In this document: one piece after another, positions 57,246 through 64,000 of the stretch
Layout of the letters: every line of letters starts with the position of its first letter
Numbering within the stretch: position 1 is the first letter of the stretch
Source: Macrostomum hystrix
Taxonomy: Eukaryota; Animalia; Platyhelminthes
Length of the DNA: 64,000 nucleotides
Assembly: GCA_950097015.1 (NCBI GenBank)
Contig: CATNEN010000037.1
Location: 1,550,001 to 1,614,000, forward strand
Reading direction: 5' to 3'
Made by a program: the position numbers and the translations under genes
The notes under the pieces: generated by a model
The model's input: only the letters and a program-made list of their open reading frames with translations
Database searches by the model: none
What the model was told of the DNA's origin: nothing

Positions 57246-60200
57246 GGACTGCAACGGGAAAACTAACGCTCGGTAGTGGCCTTATTCGGCTGTGCAAATC
57301 ATCGACAGTTTCTCCAATCTGCTTTGTAAAAATATAGATTTTATTTTAGAAATTTTTGGTTAGCCACCTAAAAATGTGTTTCGCTTATTGTTTTTAAATG
57401 ATTAGCGTACACATTTTTTTTCAATCAAAGCGAATGAGATTTTTTACGTTCCGATCGATTTACTTCATTCCCTGTAGATTATTTTAAATATACGAGCGAC
57501 CTATTTTTTTACACTAAATAGACGTTAAAAAAAGAAGTTTACATATATATAAAACAAAACTATTATAGGCTTTGACTATCAATTGCGGAGAATAATATAA
57601 CTAAAGGGCTGGGAAGTATAAATATAACAGTGTTTGGACTTTTCCTGATAGGAGTCAGGATTTATAGGATAGGATTGCTACTCATGCTAGAAAGGACTAG
57701 GAAAAAAACATCTGGTGTACGCTTACATCATGGAGATTTTAGTTTTGAAATCATGCTCTTTTGTGTAAATCAAAGAAGTAAAAAGGGATGCCTAAGGCAC
57801 GTGATCTCATAAAAATATAAGTGTGACGATGTCACTATTTCTTTTTTGTTTACTTTATCTTTCTTAGAAACCTGGCGCAAATTTTAATATAACTTGAAAG
57901 ACGGTTTGTGGCGTAAGAGCGAGCGTCGGAGCGGAATATAGCTAATGTCTAAGGAGTATGTAGACATTTAAAATATTTAAGACATTTTAATTTGTTGGAG
58001 ACTAACCACATTGGAGTCGAGAACAAGTAACCGGGACCCTGGCGCTGCCGCTGACAAGCCGTGGTTGACTTTAATAAATCGTCATTGGTCTTGCATAATT
58101 TCTTCTGACTTCTGGGAAAACTCGTCTGCACACGAACTCTAGTAGTTCGTCACAGAATTAGCCAGTAAAGAATTGTTGCATTATTGGAATTATGTAGTGA
58201 TATATGTCCCTATATCGGTTAATTATTTTAAACCTTAAGAACAAAGCTTTCGAAATAAAAGGCATCATTGATAATAGTATCATGGTGCTCTTTCTTGCTC
58301 ATCAAATTCAACTTCGGAATGAGCTATATTTCTTATTAATCAGCGATGGCTCATATGTGTAATGCAATTTAGGAAACTACAACAATTTGTATTTCGAAAG
58401 TAATATCCTTGATGTTGAAAAATCGCAGGTTGCAATCTTACTGACCCTAAAGCACCTAATCTTTTCTGTTACATACTTGTCTAACAGTCGTATTTTATGT
58501 TGCATGTTTTTGGTAACGCAGAAAATTAGCCACCTAAGCAAGTGTTTCTTATAAAAAGAAAACCACGAAAATGGATTAAAATTTATATACGTTTTTGGTT
58601 CATAAAATTTTTCTGACTTTTCTGAGTAAACATAGCGTTCTTAAAAAATAATAAATTATTAGCTGAGCTTTACTGTCTTAGTAAGATCTCCGACAATCGC
58701 GTTAATAACGAGCCACAAAACCATGGAAACGTTTTCAGCGGGAATTTGACTTTGCCGCAAGAAATCGCATTATGAGGGTCATTCTCAAAATTATGTACCG
58801 AGAAGGCATTAACAAAAAAAATATTTTTTTCACTATTTTTATCGTTTTAAAGTGTGCTGCGAGGATTCAATACTTTTGAAAGTTTTCTAAACATTTGAAA
58901 AAATGAAAAAATAGCGTTTTTACTGCATTCTTACGTTGTTTAAAATCACAAATAAATTTTTTGCGAAGTTTTAAATTTTCCGCGCATGCGCATTTGCCAT
59001 AAAAGTTCACGACTGCAAGCTTAATTATGATAAAATATTAAGTACTACTCCCATCTAATGAATTTAAAAGTAATCTAAGCTAAAATGACTATTAAATTTA
59101 TGCCACTAAGTGCTGTGACTCAGCTTTTTTCGAAGTATTTCATTTGAAAACTAAAAGGTAAATAAATTCTGTGAGGTATTGAAGCTCCATTTTTGAAAGC
59201 GAATAAAATAAAAAGACAGAAGCATTTCGCATTCTCTTATAAATATTTATATCACGATACTGTATCTGAATTAATTCGTAATTATTAGCAATATACTAAT
59301 TGTATTTAAAAACAGCAAACATAAAAAATATAAAAATCGACTCGAATGCTTATGCACAACAACACTGTCAAGAAAAAAGATTTCTCGCATATACTGGTAC
59401 CTTAATACATGGAAATATTACAGATATGATGCCACCTTCCTAAGGAATAAATCTACGTGTTTTGAATATTTCTAATTATTATAGAACATGAAAGATACAC
59501 CATAATTTGCTTATTGTAACATTTTTTGTGTCTGGAAAGGAGATTTCATGACATAAGAAATGCCAAAATAGTGTAAAAATGTGAATTTTTATTGACAAGA
59601 CACGCACCTCTGAATTTCATATCATCATTGCTTCATTTTATTACAAGAATTTCCTTGACGGCCAATTAAATAAAAATTGTGCTATATGTATACATTCCAA
59701 TTGTTCGAAGCTTCTCGACCTTGGAAAATTTTGATTTTTTTCAGAAAAAATGTACATTAACGATGTTAATTTTATTAGATATAACAAAAAACAATAATAA
59801 AAGATTTTTCTAAAATAAGACAACTATGTTTAATATACGAAACCTAAAAAAAAATATGCACTTTTTGTATGATCTTATCTAATAGCAAAATGTACGTCAG
59901 AAAGCAAAATAATTAACGGTGTTTTTGAAGGCAATAAACAAATGTAAATGCTGGTCCATATTAATGTTATTTTGTGGTTCTGGTTTCTATTTTGCACTCT
60001 ACTAGAGACACAGATTAGAATAAATAAAGTTTTTTGCAATTGTCAAAAACTTTTTTTACAACACACTATTTCCGAGCATTAATTTGAGAATGACCCTAGA
60101 CATTTAATTTTATGCAAATCGAACTGTGTGTATACATTAAGAAAACCTAGATTTACGCTTTTTGTCTGGTAAGTTAACCATTTGATTTTTAACAAGTGGA

Positions 60201-60584
60201 CAATTTGGACGAAAAATTAAGATCTGCTTACCTGTTAACTTTATCGAAGTTTTAAATAACTTCTTGTTTTTCTTCGTGTCGCTCTTGCTGATTGTTGCGA
60301 TTAAATGTGGAAATATATATATAATATATGTTTTTTCAAGTATGAGAATACCAGCAGTACATTTATGATTATATAAGTTTTTACAATTTTGTAGAAAACC
60401 CATGGATTATGATTTATTCTTTGCATTTAGAAGCTGTTTAGGTGAACCCTGACACCTAAAAATTAGTCCTTTTTGAATTTAGAAAGATATTTTTTCTAAG
60501 GAATAATTTCATCTGATGGTTATATTTATCTAAAAGGTAATATTTTTATTTATAGCGAACTTATTAAGAATTTTTTTGTTTTAG

Positions 60585-60906
60585 ACTACTGAAGCCCAGG
60601 CCGGCATCATGGCATCAAAGCTAAAGAAGCAATCGAGTTTGAATCTAAACTACGACCCGTCCAGTAGGTTATTTTTGAATTTCTTCTAGAATTTTTCGGT
60701 TTGAATTTTTACAGCTTGGCGTTGAATTCTTGTACAAATACTTTTGCTCACGATCCATGTACTTCAGTCTATCCGCCAGTTGATTACAAGACACCCAACA
60801 CAACATCAAAGGACATTGGCTCCTGGGACGCCTTTAAGCCGGTTGGCAAAAACCTGCCCTGGAGCCAAGTGAAACGATTTCCTATCATCAACAGCGAGAT
60901 GACAGA
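60585..60906 (+). CDS. Partial gene, possibly TEX49/SPMIP11-like microtubule inner protein
   Basis: Exons 60585-60663 and 60768-60906 give ...YDPSIYPPVDYKTPNTTSKDIGSW...LPWSQVKRFPIINSEMT. This recalls the P-T-x4-(G/S)-x-W...PW-x4-R-x4-S-x-MT pattern as I remember it from TEX49. Terminal exons not found. Confidence 0.4.
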
Positions 60907-62170
60907 GTAAGACAATGCATAGATAAACTTGAGCTTAGCATTTTGCCTTATCAACGCTAAAAAACTCAATAGTATAGAGTACGCATTGGCATCAGTATAG
61001 TCAGTCGATCAAGTGTCGAGATCATAAACTGATCCCAAATAAAATTGAACACATTAAAGAATCAGAACGTATATGAATCACGTTTAAACAGAACCTGACA
61101 AAACAAACAAACCCACCACCAATTCCAGTTTTGTCAACAAGATGCACGTCACCAATAGAGAATTCAGCCTGTTCTAAACTGAGACTTGGAGCTTCTAAGA
61201 GAAATCTCATTTCACTGCTCCATATTTGCATATTTCTGCATGCATCTCACACTGACAAGTTGTTTTGGCTTCTTCACAAATTGCTCAACAGTTTTTTATT
61301 TTAGATCTGCAGCATGTTTTTGTGCGCTTTTAGTTCTTTAGCAGAACAATTGCAGATTGATAAAAGTTACTTAGCTAAGCCGTTCGCTTTCAGCTGAATA
61401 GATATTTTGTTATAATCTTAGCTTAGCACACGAGAAGCGCCTTCAATGCTCAAACTGGCGTACTTTTTTCGTTTTTTTTGCTCACGGTTTTAAAATTGTT
61501 TGTGCAGCTCAAATATAAATGGATTTGACACTCGAACTATTTTATAAAAGTCCAACAGATTTCTCTGCAGCCTGCTTTTAGTCGAGATAAGTTCTTTAAT
61601 TACTTAATCGGTCTTTAATAGTACATTTACATTTTTAGTAGAACTATGATAAATTACTTTTTACGATTGCCTAACAACTGCAGCTGTCAATCACTGGCAT
61701 TTCAGTTAGACTTTAATCTGAATTACTATGCGAGCATAGAACTGACGCCAGAAATCAGGAAATGCTTTATTTACTAAAGCTGGGTTCTCATGTGCACCTA
61801 TATACTAGCTCTGTCAATATTATATTATATTGATGAGCACTTGCTTAGAACTTGACTAACTCGAATGGCTGACGGAATGTTAAAACGCTCTGGCTGACGG
61901 GCAGTTTAACACAACACGATAATGCTTGCATGCCTAATGCAGAGTGCAAACATCGAGCAATCTCATTTGGAAGATGCATTTTGCTTATAATTTAGTCATT
62001 AATATTTACCCAAGTAGCCATACAGTTCACAAGCTGGTCGCTCAGCAAACTCATCAAGCTCATGTTTATAAATTGCACTCATAAAATACTGGTAGCTCCA
62101 TATAGCGGCACAATTCCTATAGAGCAGCATTCCTAGCAACACACCCGGAGTTTCATTCGAGACTTTAAGC

Positions 62171-62401
62171 ATGCCATCCGGTAATCAAAATTCAAACAAC
62201 AACTACGATGCGACCTCGCGGGCAATCACTGCCGGAGGCCGCAACGCCGCCAGCTCGGTGGAGATTCGCCGACTGCAACAGCAGGTCGAGGAGATGGAGC
62301 GCAAGCTGGATCGAGATCTGGACGAGTTGAAGCGTTTCGGTCTGAGCCCGGCGACTAACGCCGGTACGATTGGCCTGAGGAAGCAACAGCAACAGACCTG
62401 A
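62171..62401 (+). CDS. Hypothetical small coiled-coil protein (76 aa)
   Basis: ATG-started GC-rich ORF in AT-rich surroundings; VEIRRLQQQVEEMERKLDRDLDELKR. Confidence 0.4.
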   Translation: MPSGNQNSNNNYDATSRAITAGGRNAASSVEIRRLQQQVEEMERKLDRDLDELKRFGLSPATNAGTIGLRKQQQQT

Positions 62402-63284
62402 AAAAAGACTCAAAAGTGGTTCTTATCAACCTGAAAATATATAACTGTCACTGCAATTTTCTCTCCTAGAACAAAATGTCGCTCTTTTTAATTAATGCTC
62501 TCATAACTCGCAACTCGCATCTCACACTATCATCTATATCCGCACATTGAGGATCTGATGAACTATGCACCAGAGAAGGTCCACAGAAGGTCCACAGATG
62601 CAAACATGTGAACGTCGTATGGAATAAGTCTTAGCAGTGTAATAATCGAGTGCAGAGCATTTGCTGCAGCGAGTCCTCTGTGCCGCCTGATGTCGTCTTC
62701 CACATCGGGAACCTATGCAGATTTGCCGATTTAGTTCGACTCCAGGAAGCGTGCAAGCTTGGTCATCCGCCCGTGAGATGTGAGACGTGAGATGCTCTTG
62801 AATGTCGTCCAGTCTGAAACTCGGTCTTCAGGGAATCGACAAATAAATGGACAGGCCCGTCAATCGGCTGCTAGCCAGAACTTCTAGTTGTCAAGAACTG
62901 CTTAATAAAGTACTTGTTAAGTGTTTCAATGGCTAGTTAACTTAGAATTCGCACCCGCTACCCCATGTTTGTGGTAAATAGTAAAATAGATTAAAATATT
63001 CTAGATCATATAGACTCTAGGCTTTATATAGACATCTAAGCCTAGACTCTAGGCTACGACTCTGAAGCAATGTAATTTGAGTTATCATATGTGACACGTA
63101 CTATGATGTACTAGTTTAATCAAAATAGAAGGGAGGATTTTTAAAAGGCGCGTAAAAAAGTTAAAAACTTAAAAAGTTAAAAAAGTAATGGTAGTAGCTG
63201 ATGTTCTAAAAATAATCTTTTGTGTATATTTTTGCTACATAGTTTTTCACCCGTGTTGACAGAGATAGGGTCTAAGAAACAGTA

Positions 63285-63554
63285 ATCGAACATGTGCGAC
63301 GGTCGCCTAATAGGCAACTCCGAACATGTTCTTTGTTCCGAGAACATGTTCTTTTAAATTAATAAGGCTACTTAATGTATTTTAATGAATTAATAACATG
63401 AAGAAAAAACCATGCCTTCCTTGGCATGAGGTCAACAAACAAGACAGAGTTAAACCCATACTATGTCTAGTATGGCTTAACACACACACATGGTTTCTCG
63501 GAACAAAGAACATGTTCGGAGTTGGCTATTAGGCGACCGTCGCGCATGTTCGAT
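63285..63554. mobile_element. MITE with about 60-bp TIRs
   Basis: ATCGAACATGTGCGACGGTCGCCTAATAGGCAACTCCGAACATGTTCTTTGTTCCGAGAA and its inverse (2 mismatches); GTA on both flanks. Confidence 0.8.
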
Positions 63555-64000
63555 GTAGCCTAAGAGTCGTCAACACGGCAGAGTTTTTTTAATGAATTAA
63601 CTGCATGTGCGTTTCTGAAGTCACGATAATTTATAGAACGCAACTTTAAACTAATATTTTCTAGGAACTCGTAAACGAAATAATGCATTGTGGTCTGGTC
63701 TTAGCTGTTCGCGAGCTGGCATTGGCACTTTTTTAAAGCTTGCTATGAGCTGCCTTTGACGTTTTGAACATTTGCACCAGAAATTTTCTCTTATTTTTCT
63801 TTGCTATCAAGTCATTAGTCAAGTTTCGCTGACTAGATTATTTTGTAAGTCTTTTTTATACAAAAATCTAGATAGACAGATTGACGAACAAGTCTTAATA
63901 CATGCACACAAGTTGCTTTCGGATAAAAAAATAAATATGGATATACCTGAAAATCAAAAGCCACGACTATGCATGCTGCGAAAATGGGACGATTTTGCTG

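Overview
Eukaryotic (metazoan) genomic DNA with GT-AG introns, many minisatellites, tRNA-derived SINEs and DNA transposons. The host is unidentified; a free-living flatworm such as Macrostomum is only a guess from general sequence style. Host genes: three tandem sorcin/grancalcin-like penta-EF-hand paralogues, a small ubiquitin-like ORF, RPS23, a PRORP (protein-only RNase P) orthologue, two tandem clan-2-like cytochrome P450s (one with a nonsense codon), a NAT8-like GNAT, and a complete alpha7-like nicotinic acetylcholine receptor subunit. A few hypothetical genes are also present. Mobile DNA: a degenerate Crypton-like tyrosine recombinase element, a hAT-like non-autonomous element, MITEs, and an 11.5-kb EnSpm/CMC transposon (30531-42068). 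The transposon has 22-bp TIRs, a TC target duplication, an intact transposase, a BEN-domain gene and a zinc-finger gene interrupted by an Ingi-like LINE. Strongest observations: (1) the LINE begins with an HDV/CPEB3-like ribozyme fold, followed by an AUG-less frame and a 2A StopGo peptide, and removing it restores the interrupted frame exactly; (2) the nAChR has two tandem 87-nt exons encoding alternative pore-lining M2 helices; (3) the EnSpm element pairs a BEN protein with subterminal repeats containing CCAATTGG. All calls were made by eye from remembered motifs; no database searches were run.
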